Source of the DNA: Pirellula staleyi DSM 6068
GTDB lineage: Bacteria; Planctomycetota; Planctomycetia; Pirellulales; Pirellulaceae
Assembly (NCBI GenBank): GCA_000025185.1
Contig: CP001848.1
Location: 720,001-752,000 of the forward strand
Length of the DNA stretch: 32,000 bases
Direction: 5' to 3'
Shown: positions 18,271-26,580 of the stretch, piece after piece
Position numbering within the stretch: the stretch's first letter is position 1
Layout: every line of letters begins with the position of its first letter
The notes under the pieces: generated by a model
Told to the model about the DNA's origin: nothing
Seen by the model: only the letters and a program-made list of their open reading frames with translations
Database searches by the model: none
Position numbers and translations under genes: made by a program

Positions 18271-18377
18271 CGACCTGGCTGCGTAGCGGTTCAGTACTTT
18301 GTTTAGCACTTTTGTCGGGTGGAACCTGACCTACGCTTCCTGCACCACGCACTTGCAAGGAAATGCGGGCGAGCGAC

Positions 18378-20192
18378 TTATTCCCAGGCGGCGTCGCCGA
18401 GCTGCTGCTGCACGGCGAGCCAGCGTTCCTCTTCGCGGGCGAGTTCGGCGGTCTTCAGCTGCAATTCTTCGTGCAGTTTCATCGCCTCTTTGGCGTCGGT
18501 GCAGGTTTGCAGCTTAGCGTCGATCGCTTTCTTTTCGCTATCGAGCCGCGCGATCACGCGCTCGATGGCCGACATTTCTTTCCGGAGCTTGCGCTCGTCG
18601 ATCACTGGCTCAGGAGCCGCTTTGGCGGCGAGTTTATTACCGCCGGAAGCACTCACGGGGCTCGCTGCCTTCTTGCTCGGCGCGGCGCTGTTGCCACGAC
18701 CAGCGGCTCGCTCGCCGTCGTCGATTTCTTTGTTCACGGCGTAGAGATAGGCTTCGTAGTCGCCACGATAGTTCACCACGCGCCCATCGCGAACTTCGAC
18801 AATGCAGGTGGCGATCCGTTTCATGAAGTGGCGATCGTGGCTCGTGAAGATCACTGTCCCCTTGTACGCGCAGAGCGCATCGGCGAGTGCTTCCACCGTT
18901 TCGACGTCGAGATGGTTTCCCGGTTCGTCGAGGATCAGCACGTTGTAGTCGCCGAGCAACAGACCAGCGAGGCAGAGACGAGCTCGCTCGCCACCCGAGA
19001 GGACGCCGATCTTCTTTTTCACATGCTCGCCACGAAACAGAAGCGCGGCAGCCACGTCGAGAATCTGCTGTGTTTTCGTTCCAGGGCGAGCCCGGTCTTC
19101 CAGGAAGTCCATCACCGAATGTTTATCGGGGAGGGTCGTGTACACGTGCTGAGCATAGACCCCAATGTTGCAGCCAAAACCCCACTTCACTTCCCCGGCG
19201 ATCGGCTCGAGCGACTCGACGATCGTGCGGAGGAAGGTGGTCTTTCCTTGGCCGTTATCACCGACGATCGCGGCCCGCTGTCCATGGTCGATTTCGAGGC
19301 CAATCTCGGTGGCGATCGTCCGATCGGGATAGCCAATCGAAACATCCTTGCAGCGGAGCGCGGGCCCTTTGCGCTGCTCGACCTCAGGCGCTTTGATCGA
19401 CGCTGTGGGAGCATCGGCTTCGATGTCGATGGTCTCAAGGCGCTCGAGCATTTTGCTCTTGCTGCGGGCTCGTGTGGCGGTGCTAGCGCGGGCTTTATTT
19501 TTGGCGATGAATTCTTCGAGCTGCTTGCGCTTGGCCAGCACAGCAGCGTTGCTCCGCTCGTCGTGTTCGCGGCGCTCGCGCTGATACTCGAGGAACGAAT
19601 CGATCTTGCCGGGATACATCGTCAGCTTGCCGTGCGCCAGTTCCAGCGTGTGGGTGCAGGTGGCGGCGAGAAATGCGCGATCGTGCGAAACGATCAGCGC
19701 TGCTTCGCGAAAGCCGCGCAAAAAATGTTCGAGCAAAATCTGCGTGCGCAAGTCGAGGAAGTTGGTTGGTTCGTCGAGCAGCAGCAAGTTCGGTTCGTGC
19801 AATAGCAAGGCGGCGAGTTTCACGCGGGTTTGCCAACCACCCGAGAGCTTGCTGACTGGTCCTTCGAGGTAGGCCCCTTTGAGCTCGAACTGCCCGGCGA
19901 CTTCACCACACTTCCAGTCGGGCTGATTACTGTCGCGCATTAAAAACTCGAGCGCCGATTCGCCCGGAACAAACGGATCGTGCTGACGCAGGTAGCCGAC
20001 ACTCAGCCGCGGATGATGCACCACCTCGCCACCATCGAGTTCTTCTTCCCCGAGTAAGCAGCGGAGGAGTGTACTCTTGCCGGCGCCGTTGCGTCCGACA
20101 AATCCGACCTTCACATCGCCGGTGATCGTCACTTCGGCATTGTCGAGCAGCACCTGTTCGCCGAATCGCTTCGTGGCATTACGAATTTGCAT
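18378..20192 (-). CDS. ABC-F family ATPase (tandem ABC domains, no TM; Uup/YbiT-like translation factor type)
   Basis: Two Walker A motifs (GRNGAGKST, GDNGQGKTT), two signature motifs (LSGGWQ, LSGGER) and two Walker B motifs (LLLLDEPTN, VLILDEPGN) are present. The C-terminus is a coiled coil. The start is placed at MQIRNATKRFG (20192); alternatives are 20204 and 20213. Confidence 0.9.
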   Translation of the reverse strand: MQIRNATKRFGEQVLLDNAEVTITGDVKVGFVGRNGAGKSTLLRCLLGEEELDGGEVVHHPRLSVGYLRQHDPFVPGESALEFLMRDSNQPDWKCGEVAGQFELKGAYLEGPVSKLSGGWQTRVKLAALLLHEPNLLLLDEPTNFLDLRTQILLEHFLRGFREAALIVSHDRAFLAATCTHTLELAHGKLTMYPGKIDSFLEYQRERREHDERSNAAVLAKRKQLEEFIAKNKARASTATRARSKSKMLERLETIDIEADAPTASIKAPEVEQRKGPALRCKDVSIGYPDRTIATEIGLEIDHGQRAAIVGDNGQGKTTFLRTIVESLEPIAGEVKWGFGCNIGVYAQHVYTTLPDKHSVMDFLEDRARPGTKTQQILDVAAALLFRGEHVKKKIGVLSGGERARLCLAGLLLGDYNVLILDEPGNHLDVETVEALADALCAYKGTVIFTSHDRHFMKRIATCIVEVRDGRVVNYRGDYEAYLYAVNKEIDDGERAAGRGNSAAPSKKAASPVSASGGNKLAAKAAPEPVIDERKLRKEMSAIERVIARLDSEKKAIDAKLQTCTDAKEAMKLHEELQLKTAELAREEERWLAVQQQLGDAAWE

Positions 20193-20549
20193 CAGTACCG
20201 ACATCAGAACCACTCATTCCAGCGATAGGGGCGACGATCCGAGGATTGACAAAACAGGCGATGATCGACTGCTGAAGCTGGTCAGCTGGAGCCAATCGCG
20301 ACTCCCCTGAATCGTAGAACTTTCCGCGAAAATCGTAAAGGCGGCTCTCCTGGCTGCCGATCATCGAATCTTCACGTGGCACGCTATTTCTCGAGAATTT
20401 CGTGCTCAAGCGCCCCGAGAGAGCCACGAACTGGCGCTGCACCTTCGGCCACAACGCGGGTATGCTGTGACGAAAGCTGGTCCGGCGACTCTCCCACGCC
20501 CGCCGCCGAATCGATTTCCAAGCAACAGGACGCAGGTGAATTTTCGCTC

Positions 20550-22253
20550 ATGGCTGACCAAGTAATCACCGATCTCGACACCCTTCGACTGCTCGATAAA
20601 ACGCTCCTCGACGATCTATGGGAGAAGACGGCCGGCGCTCGAGCTTGGCAGCGCGGCAACGCGCGCTCGGCAGCGCTCCAGCAGTTACTCGCGCCGATCA
20701 CCACACCGACCGACAGCACACTCGCCGCGCAAGTTTCGTCGGCGATCGATCGTCCCCTCCTCGGGCAGATCTGCGAACTGCTCGAGGCAAGCGGGAGCTT
20801 TAAGATTCGTCTCGAGCGACACACGCTGCGCAGCGAAGGTCCCGACGAAGTAAAAATTCTTGTCCCGCGCGCCGCCATCACTCCGATGTGGCCCATGGGG
20901 ACCAACGTTTGGATTCGCGATCTCGCCAAAATTGCTTCGCGCTTGATGTCGGCCGCCTCGAGTGGCATTCCGCAAGCCGCTGTCTGGCGACAAGATGGCC
21001 TCGAGCTGTTGATGTCGGGTGTCGCGCTCCTGTCGACCCCGGCACAGCTGCGGCGCTTCGAAAATATTGTGAAGCACGAGGGCGACCCACATTTGCTGCA
21101 CGCCGATCTCTGGCCCCACATTTTTCTGAACATCGACAGCAATCTTTTGGGAGAGACCGACGAGTCGTGGTCGCACAAGCAAGATGCGTGGCAGATGCTG
21201 CTCGTGTATGTGCTCGATGCGCTCGCCGCTGGTCATGTGAAAGAAACGAGCCTTACAGCAAGCGAGCGTAAGTTGCTGGGGCTGATCGTTCCGTTCCTGG
21301 CCAAGACCGAATACTGGCGCCATGAAACGAGCGGCTCGTGGGAAGAACTTCCCGCCGTGCGGACGAGCGTGATTGTGTGGGATGTCGCCGTGCTCGATCG
21401 CATTGCAACCGCAGTGCAAGAGGGTCGGCTTTCGTTCCTGCACGAAGATTTCGCGAAATATCAAGCCTTTTTGCCAGCGCCGCTGACCGGAACCAGCCTC
21501 GCATCGTGCTGCCAGTTGCTTGCTGAAGCAGGGGCCAAACAGCTGCTGGAACTTCTGCCGCATGAGTCCCCCGGCTATGCCAGCGATGATCCCCGCTATC
21601 GCGATGCCGATGCTGCAGCGACCTATCATTTGCTGCTCGATGCGCCGCAAATGGTGGCCCGCTATGCGCCTGCTCCAGCGGATTGGCTCGCAGGTATTCA
21701 GCAGCAGATTGTCGCCGGGCTTTTGTCGCTGCAAGATCCGGTGACGCGCGGCATTCGGCGCTATCGAGGAGATTCGTACCAAGGCCATAACTACTTCACG
21801 CACGAGACGGTGGCTCGGCTCGAAGCGATTTGCGGCGGTCCGTCGGGAGACGCCAGTGGCCTCGAAGCATTTAAGCTGCGCGCGTCGGTGATTAAACCGG
21901 GCTATGAAGCGGCTTGGTGTCATCCTCTCTGGCAGTTGGTGGGCTATGCAGCTCGTGAGTCGTCGCGCACACAAGCTCCCGAGGCGATTCTGCTGCGGAA
22001 CGAACTGCTGCTGCAAGGACTCGGCGCGCTCACCGGTGACAACGAATGGACCACCGAGAAAACTGCCGAAGGGATCTTGCGCAACATTCCGATCGAGCCA
22101 CTCCGCTTCACAGAAGCTTGGCTCGCCGTCGAACATGCGGGAGAAATTCGCTACATTCCCTCGCCACACACGCCGCTGCAGTGGTGTGTGGCTGAGGCGA
22201 TGAACGCCTTTTCGCTCGTGTGGCAAAGCATGTCGCTCGACGCTGCAAAATAG
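20550..22253 (+). CDS. GH15-like (glucoamylase / phosphorylase-kinase alpha-beta type) alpha/alpha-barrel protein
   Basis: Supporting blocks are WIRDLAKIA, HKQDAWQMLLVYVLDAL, ETSGSWEELPAVRTSVIVWDVAVL (WEE acid motif) and GIRRYRGDSYQG. ATG at 20550 (MADQVITDLD). Confidence 0.7.
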   Translation: MADQVITDLDTLRLLDKTLLDDLWEKTAGARAWQRGNARSAALQQLLAPITTPTDSTLAAQVSSAIDRPLLGQICELLEASGSFKIRLERHTLRSEGPDEVKILVPRAAITPMWPMGTNVWIRDLAKIASRLMSAASSGIPQAAVWRQDGLELLMSGVALLSTPAQLRRFENIVKHEGDPHLLHADLWPHIFLNIDSNLLGETDESWSHKQDAWQMLLVYVLDALAAGHVKETSLTASERKLLGLIVPFLAKTEYWRHETSGSWEELPAVRTSVIVWDVAVLDRIATAVQEGRLSFLHEDFAKYQAFLPAPLTGTSLASCCQLLAEAGAKQLLELLPHESPGYASDDPRYRDADAAATYHLLLDAPQMVARYAPAPADWLAGIQQQIVAGLLSLQDPVTRGIRRYRGDSYQGHNYFTHETVARLEAICGGPSGDASGLEAFKLRASVIKPGYEAAWCHPLWQLVGYAARESSRTQAPEAILLRNELLLQGLGALTGDNEWTTEKTAEGILRNIPIEPLRFTEAWLAVEHAGEIRYIPSPHTPLQWCVAEAMNAFSLVWQSMSLDAAK

Positions 22254-22262
22254 AGGACCGCC

Positions 22263-22595
22263 ATGCGACTCTTCGAAGGAACGGCGTGGGACAAGCCACC
22301 CGTTTGTGATCGGTGCGGCAAACTCGAGAAAGAGTGCCGCTGTCCGCCGCTTCCTCTCGCGCCAGAAAAACAGCCGCTGAAATTGGCGATGGAAAAGCGC
22401 GCGAAAGGAAAGATGGTCACCGTGGTGCGCGGCTTCACCGATATCGATCTGCATCAGCAGGCGCTACTGGCCGAGCTCAAAGGTGCGTGCGGTGCCGGGG
22501 GATCGATTTCGGAAGAAGGGATCGAAATCCAAGGAGATCATCGCGATCGGCTCCGAAAACTGCTCGTCGCCAAAGGGTTTCCCGTGAAGGGATAG
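22263..22595 (+). CDS. yciH: SUI1/eIF1-family translation initiation factor-like protein
   Basis: The block KGKMVTVVRGFTDIDLHQQALLAELKGACGAGGSISEEGIEIQGDHRDRLRKLLVAKGFPVK aligns by eye with E. coli YciH. There is an N-terminal CDRCGKLEKECRC cluster. AGAGGA overlaps the GH15-like stop 9 nt upstream. Confidence 0.9.
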   Translation: MRLFEGTAWDKPPVCDRCGKLEKECRCPPLPLAPEKQPLKLAMEKRAKGKMVTVVRGFTDIDLHQQALLAELKGACGAGGSISEEGIEIQGDHRDRLRKLLVAKGFPVKG

Positions 22596-22620
22596 CGCGG
22601 CTGTTTTTCGCGAGCGGAGC

Positions 22621-22669
22621 AAGAAAAAGAAAACACGCGACATCAGGTAGGATCACTGACACCGCGTGT
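22621..22669 (-). terminator. Candidate Rho-independent terminator for the HPF-like gene
   Basis: ACACGCG (22633-22639) pairs with CGCGTGT (22663-22669), with an inner TCAG/CTGA pairing. On the minus strand it is followed by TTTCTTTTTCTT. Confidence 0.5.
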
Positions 22670-22838
22670 GAAGAGGCTCAGAAGCTGGAAGTACATCGGA
22701 GTGTTAACTCACGGATGAACGATTACATGGCTACTAAGTAAATCTCACTTTCTTGCTGAGTTCGTTGGGTGTTTTCATCAGCCGACTCGAGCGACGAGCA
22801 AGTTGCTCGCGTGAACTAGTTGCCGGCCTCTTACTAGT

Positions 22839-23192
22839 CTAGTTGTCAGCATAGTTGCGAGCGGCAGCCACGTAACGCGAACGGGCTTTGTCGCGGCGTT
22901 TGGCCATCGAGCGCCCTACCATTCGGCTCGCAGCATCAGCAGCTCGGCTGACCGCTTCTTCGACGGTGGCTTCGCACTGACGAATCGTAAACTGCTCGCC
23001 ACGATCGAGCTGAATTACCAATTGACACGTTTGATCGATACCGCCGCGAGGTCCGTTTTCGTCCGTCAGCAGCACGAGCACTTGCTCGATCCGCGGCGCG
23101 AACCGCGAGAGAGCAAACAGCACACGTCGCTCGGCGAAATCATACAGCTCTTTCGAGATAGCTGCCCGGCGATTCGAAATCACAATACGCAT
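22839..23192 (-). CDS. HPF/RaiA-family ribosome-associated (hibernation-factor-like) protein
   Basis: The sequence from MRIVISNRRAAISKELYDFAERRVLFALSRFAPRIEQVLVLL onward aligns position-for-position by eye with E. coli HPF. GGGAGG lies 7 nt upstream of ATG 23192. The C-terminal tail is basic. Confidence 0.7.
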   Translation of the reverse strand: MRIVISNRRAAISKELYDFAERRVLFALSRFAPRIEQVLVLLTDENGPRGGIDQTCQLVIQLDRGEQFTIRQCEATVEEAVSRAADAASRMVGRSMAKRRDKARSRYVAAARNYADN

Positions 23193-23479
23193 CGTCATAC
23201 CTCCCAAAGGTTGCCACCGGCCGAGGCTTCTCAGCCAGCTTGGTTTGGCGGTCGCGAGCAACGGCTACTGGCCACTTGCTCTCGGTCACCCGGGAAAGAC
23301 GCTTCTGGGCGTCTCGTACAACCAACTTTATGCCGCTAGGCTATGTATCGACAAATAGAAAGCGACAAATCCTGACATCGATTAAACCTATAGGCTGCTT
23401 GCCGCAAGCATGCATGCTGGTTGCTGGGTCGTGAAACCGGCTTTATTCGCTGGTTTTCGAGGGGTAGAGCGATTTAGAG

Positions 23480-23532
23480 GCAACGATTCCGGCGCAACGA
23501 TTTTGCTAAGACGCGTGCCTGCTGCAACGATT
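23480..23532. repeat. Three exact copies of the 9-mer GCAACGATT within 53 bp
   Basis: The copies are at 23480-23488, 23494-23502 and 23524-23532. A degenerate AGCGATTT lies at 23469-23476. Confidence 0.6.
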
Positions 23533-23774
23533 GCACAACTTGCACATGCTCGCGCGCAGGCTGCACAGCCGAGCGGCAGCGAAGCGCGACACTTAGCTAA
23601 CGAGATCTTCAGCCCACAAGGGTCTGCTAGAGGCGGAAAAGTGCATCTCTGCGGACAGCAGAGTGACGCGTGCGGCAGCGGCTCACTCCGTAGAAATTCC
23701 TGCGCAACTGCGCAAGAAATGCGTAGGAATTGCTAAGCACTTGAAGCAGCAACTCGCCAAGAGTTTTTGACGAT

Positions 23775-24716
23775 TTACTTCGCAGAGATCGTCAGATTGC
23801 GGAGTTCGCGCGGCAGGGGGAAGTGCACATCTTCGCTCCGAATCGAGCGGCTTTCAACAGCCGCCCCAAAGCGATCGCGGAGATATTCCACCACCTCTTG
23901 CACCACCGATTCTGGGGCACTTGCGCCGGCGGTGATCAGCACCGTTTGGGCATCCGAAAACCACTCGCCATGAATGTCCTGCGCGCCGTCGATCAGGTAG
24001 GCCGGTTTCCCATGCTCTTTGGCAATCTCTTTCAGGCGCTGCGAGTTCGAGCTGTTTTGGCTCCCCAGCACCAGCACAATATCGGCCTCTTCGGCAAGCA
24101 GATGGACCGCCTCTTGGCGATTCTGCGTGGCGTAGCAGATGTCTTCCTTCGGGGGGCCCACAATCTGCGGAAAACGGGCCTTCAGCCCCCGAATAATTCG
24201 GTTGGCATCGTCGACCGACAGAGTGGTTTGCGTGAGGTAGGCGAGTTTCGTGGTGTCGTCGAACGGCAGGGCGTCGATCTCGGCCTGCGACTCGACCAGC
24301 ACAATCGCTTCCGGCGCTTCACCCATCGTACCAATCACTTCATCGTGACCTTCGTGGCCGATGAGGACGATGGTGTATCCCTCTTTGGCGAACTTAATCG
24401 CCTCGAGATGCACCTTCGTGACGAGGGGACACGTAGCGTCGATCGCGGTGAGCTTACGATCCCGCGCCAGCTTGCGAATCGCGGGGGAGACACCGTGCGC
24501 GGAGAACAGCAGCGTGCTCCCCTCGGGAACTTCCTCGAGGTGATCGACGAACACCGCCCCTTTGGACTTGAAGGTGTCGACGACGTACTTGTTGTGCACG
24601 ATTTCGTGGTAGACGTAGACCGGCTTGCCGAACGCTTTGATCGTTAGATCGAGGCTTTCAATCGCCATGTTCACGCCAGCGCAAAAACCGCGGGGAGCGG
24701 CCAAAATAATCTTCAT
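23775..24716 (-). CDS. ispH: 4-hydroxy-3-methylbut-2-enyl diphosphate reductase
   Basis: MKIILAAPRGFCAGVNMAIESLD is the canonical IspH/LytB N-terminus, and the three conserved Cys contexts are present. AGAGGAAG lies 9 nt upstream of ATG 24716; an alternative ATG is at 24725. Confidence 0.95.
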   Translation of the reverse strand: MKIILAAPRGFCAGVNMAIESLDLTIKAFGKPVYVYHEIVHNKYVVDTFKSKGAVFVDHLEEVPEGSTLLFSAHGVSPAIRKLARDRKLTAIDATCPLVTKVHLEAIKFAKEGYTIVLIGHEGHDEVIGTMGEAPEAIVLVESQAEIDALPFDDTTKLAYLTQTTLSVDDANRIIRGLKARFPQIVGPPKEDICYATQNRQEAVHLLAEEADIVLVLGSQNSSNSQRLKEIAKEHGKPAYLIDGAQDIHGEWFSDAQTVLITAGASAPESVVQEVVEYLRDRFGAAVESRSIRSEDVHFPLPRELRNLTISAK

Positions 24717-24861
24717 CAGTGGCATCTTCCTCTCTCCCCTCATTCTAGCGGCGACGTCTTGCGCGGCACACGCCAGTATAGACCGTAGTCTGCGGGGAAG
24801 AGATAACCTACGAGGAATGTTTCTTGCATCAGCCAGCACGCGGCAGCTTTCCGGAGCGACA

Positions 24862-26349
24862 CTACTTGCTGCCTGCTGCAGGGACGGCTGGTGCCGCAGT
24901 TGCGGGGGCTGGCTTCACCGGAGCTATCGGAGCAGGACTAGCTGGCCCAGGTGTGGCTGGCCCAGGTGTGGCTGGCGCTGATGCGGCTGGCACTACGGGC
25001 GGTGTTGCCATGGGGGGCGGGACCACCACCGGCGGAATCGCTACCGGCGGATGCAACTTCAGCAGCCGCTCTGCCTGCTTGGCATACTTGTCGCGTGCGG
25101 CAGGGATCAGCTTCAGCGCGTTGTCGGCATAAATCTTCTTCAGCACTTCCTGGGGCAACGACACGCCGTAGATCTGCCACAACCCTTGCGGCGGAAACGG
25201 CTTCTCACTGTACGAGAAATACTCGTCGTCGGTTTCGAGAAATCGCCAATAAGCGTGCAAACGCTCTTCGGGCCACGGTCCGTCGGTCCCCAGTAAAATG
25301 CGATCCTGATAGCGTACAAAGAACTTACGCGCGGTGAACGGCTGGCGCCCTAGTTCCGAAATCCGCGACGCAATCTCGACATACAAGTTCGGATGCTTAT
25401 CGAGCCACTGCGACACCGTGGTGAGGTCTTCGCTGTTGCTGGCGACATGCGCGCCGATGAACGTCGTTTGACGATGCTTTTCAATCACCCGCAGCATCGC
25501 CGCGAGCAAATCCTCGCGCTTGGGATGCTCGGGACCATAGAAACTCCAGTCCTTGTGGCGACTGAGTTCTTCCCAGCGCTCGTTCTTCTCGTCGATCGGC
25601 TGAAAAAAGGCAGCCGGGTCGGCGACATGCATGATCACTGGCAGCCCCAACTGGCCACAGGTGCTCCAAATCTCATCCCAGCGCGGATCGTCGATTTTTA
25701 GATGCTTTCCATCGGGACCTTTGTAAGTGAGTCCGAAATCTTTGAAGATCTTCAGCCCCGCAATCCCCTGCTCTTTCGCCGCTTTCAGATCGCGGGCCAC
25801 ACGCTTCGCAAAATCTTCGCGCTGGCAATCCCACGAAGCAGGATCGTCGTCCTTACCACCGGGACCTTTCCAGTCGATATGCGCGAAGACCACAAACCGG
25901 TCGCTATGCGGCTTGAGGAACGCCAGATGCTCGTCGAGTGTTGGGCCGAGCGTGGCATCGAGACTCACGGCCAGCGCGATGTTCTCGCGATCCATCGTCG
26001 CCACCCAGTCGTCGAGCTGCTGTGCCGTTTGTTTGATCTTGAAACGCAAATGGGTATGAATATCGATCGCAGGTACACTGGCGTGCTTCAGCAGCGTTTG
26101 CTTGACGCGCAGCATCGGCTGCGGCCGAAAACTTTCGAGCAGCAGCTGCCGACCTTCGCGACCATCCAGCGGCGGTGCTGCCGGAGTTTCCGCAGGGAGC
26201 GTTCCCGGAGCTGTTTCAGGACCCTTCGCTGGTTCCTGAGACCGAAGCGCAGAGGAGTGGCCAGTCGCTAGCAGCAGCAGGGCCAGCAGCAGAATGCAGA
26301 TCGAGCTTTGGCTGCATTTTTTCCGGCAAATCCTTGTCAAATACGACAT
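24862..26349 (-). CDS. Secreted metal-dependent amidohydrolase (TIM-barrel, amidohydrolase-2-like) with a Pro/Ala-rich C-terminal tail
   Basis: ATG at 26349 gives a signal-like N-terminus (SSICILLLALLLLATGHSSA). Supporting blocks are IDIHTHL, VIMHVADP, FIGAHVAS and LLGTDGPWP. The final ~65 aa are P/A/V-rich. Confidence 0.8.
   Translation of the reverse strand: MSYLTRICRKKCSQSSICILLLALLLLATGHSSALRSQEPAKGPETAPGTLPAETPAAPPLDGREGRQLLLESFRPQPMLRVKQTLLKHASVPAIDIHTHLRFKIKQTAQQLDDWVATMDRENIALAVSLDATLGPTLDEHLAFLKPHSDRFVVFAHIDWKGPGGKDDDPASWDCQREDFAKRVARDLKAAKEQGIAGLKIFKDFGLTYKGPDGKHLKIDDPRWDEIWSTCGQLGLPVIMHVADPAAFFQPIDEKNERWEELSRHKDWSFYGPEHPKREDLLAAMLRVIEKHRQTTFIGAHVASNSEDLTTVSQWLDKHPNLYVEIASRISELGRQPFTARKFFVRYQDRILLGTDGPWPEERLHAYWRFLETDDEYFSYSEKPFPPQGLWQIYGVSLPQEVLKKIYADNALKLIPAARDKYAKQAERLLKLHPPVAIPPVVVPPPMATPPVVPAASAPATPGPATPGPASPAPIAPVKPAPATAAPAVPAAGSK
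24941..24976. repeat. Tandem 15-bp duplication GCTGGCCCAGGTGTG x2 plus a partial third copy, inside the amidohydrolase tail
   Basis: 24941-24955 is identical to 24956-24970, and GCTGGC repeats at 24971-24976. It encodes PATPG-PATPG on the minus strand. Confidence 0.9.
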
Positions 26350-26580
26350 TTTGGCCCTACCCCTCCCTACGCGAAAACCGCCCCATGATCCGGACCGTAC
26401 ATCATACAGCAGGCTCCGAGCGCCGTGTGACTGCCGGGCATGAAGTCCTCCCTCAGTAGAACTCCCCTCGGCCTTCCCCATTCTCTCCCTCCTCGCGCCA
26501 CGCCATCCCCACTTGCTGACGCCGCGCGCTAACCTGTGATACGATATCGGACTCACTCCTTGTGGACGACCGCACAACGT

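Noticed and set aside
18363-19805. Long antisense ORFs opposite recognised genes: 18363-19805 (ABC-F), 20685-22454 (GH15-like/yciH), 26698-27993 (kinase), 13475-14392 (desaturase), 23823-24647 (ispH), 5992-6981 (adh)
   Set aside because: In each case the opposite strand encodes a protein with clear family motifs. The antisense translations are low-complexity and Arg/Gly/Ala-rich.
20377-20391. Sigma-54-like -24 element TGGCAC upstream of the GH15-like gene
   Set aside because: The -12 position reads TTCT instead of TTGC (the GC dinucleotide is absent), and no enhancer-binding protein gene lies nearby.
23252-23282. Sigma-54-like TGGCCA-N7-TTGC on the minus strand upstream of the HPF-like gene
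   Set aside because: The spacing is 2 nt too long for the strict GG-N10-GC geometry.
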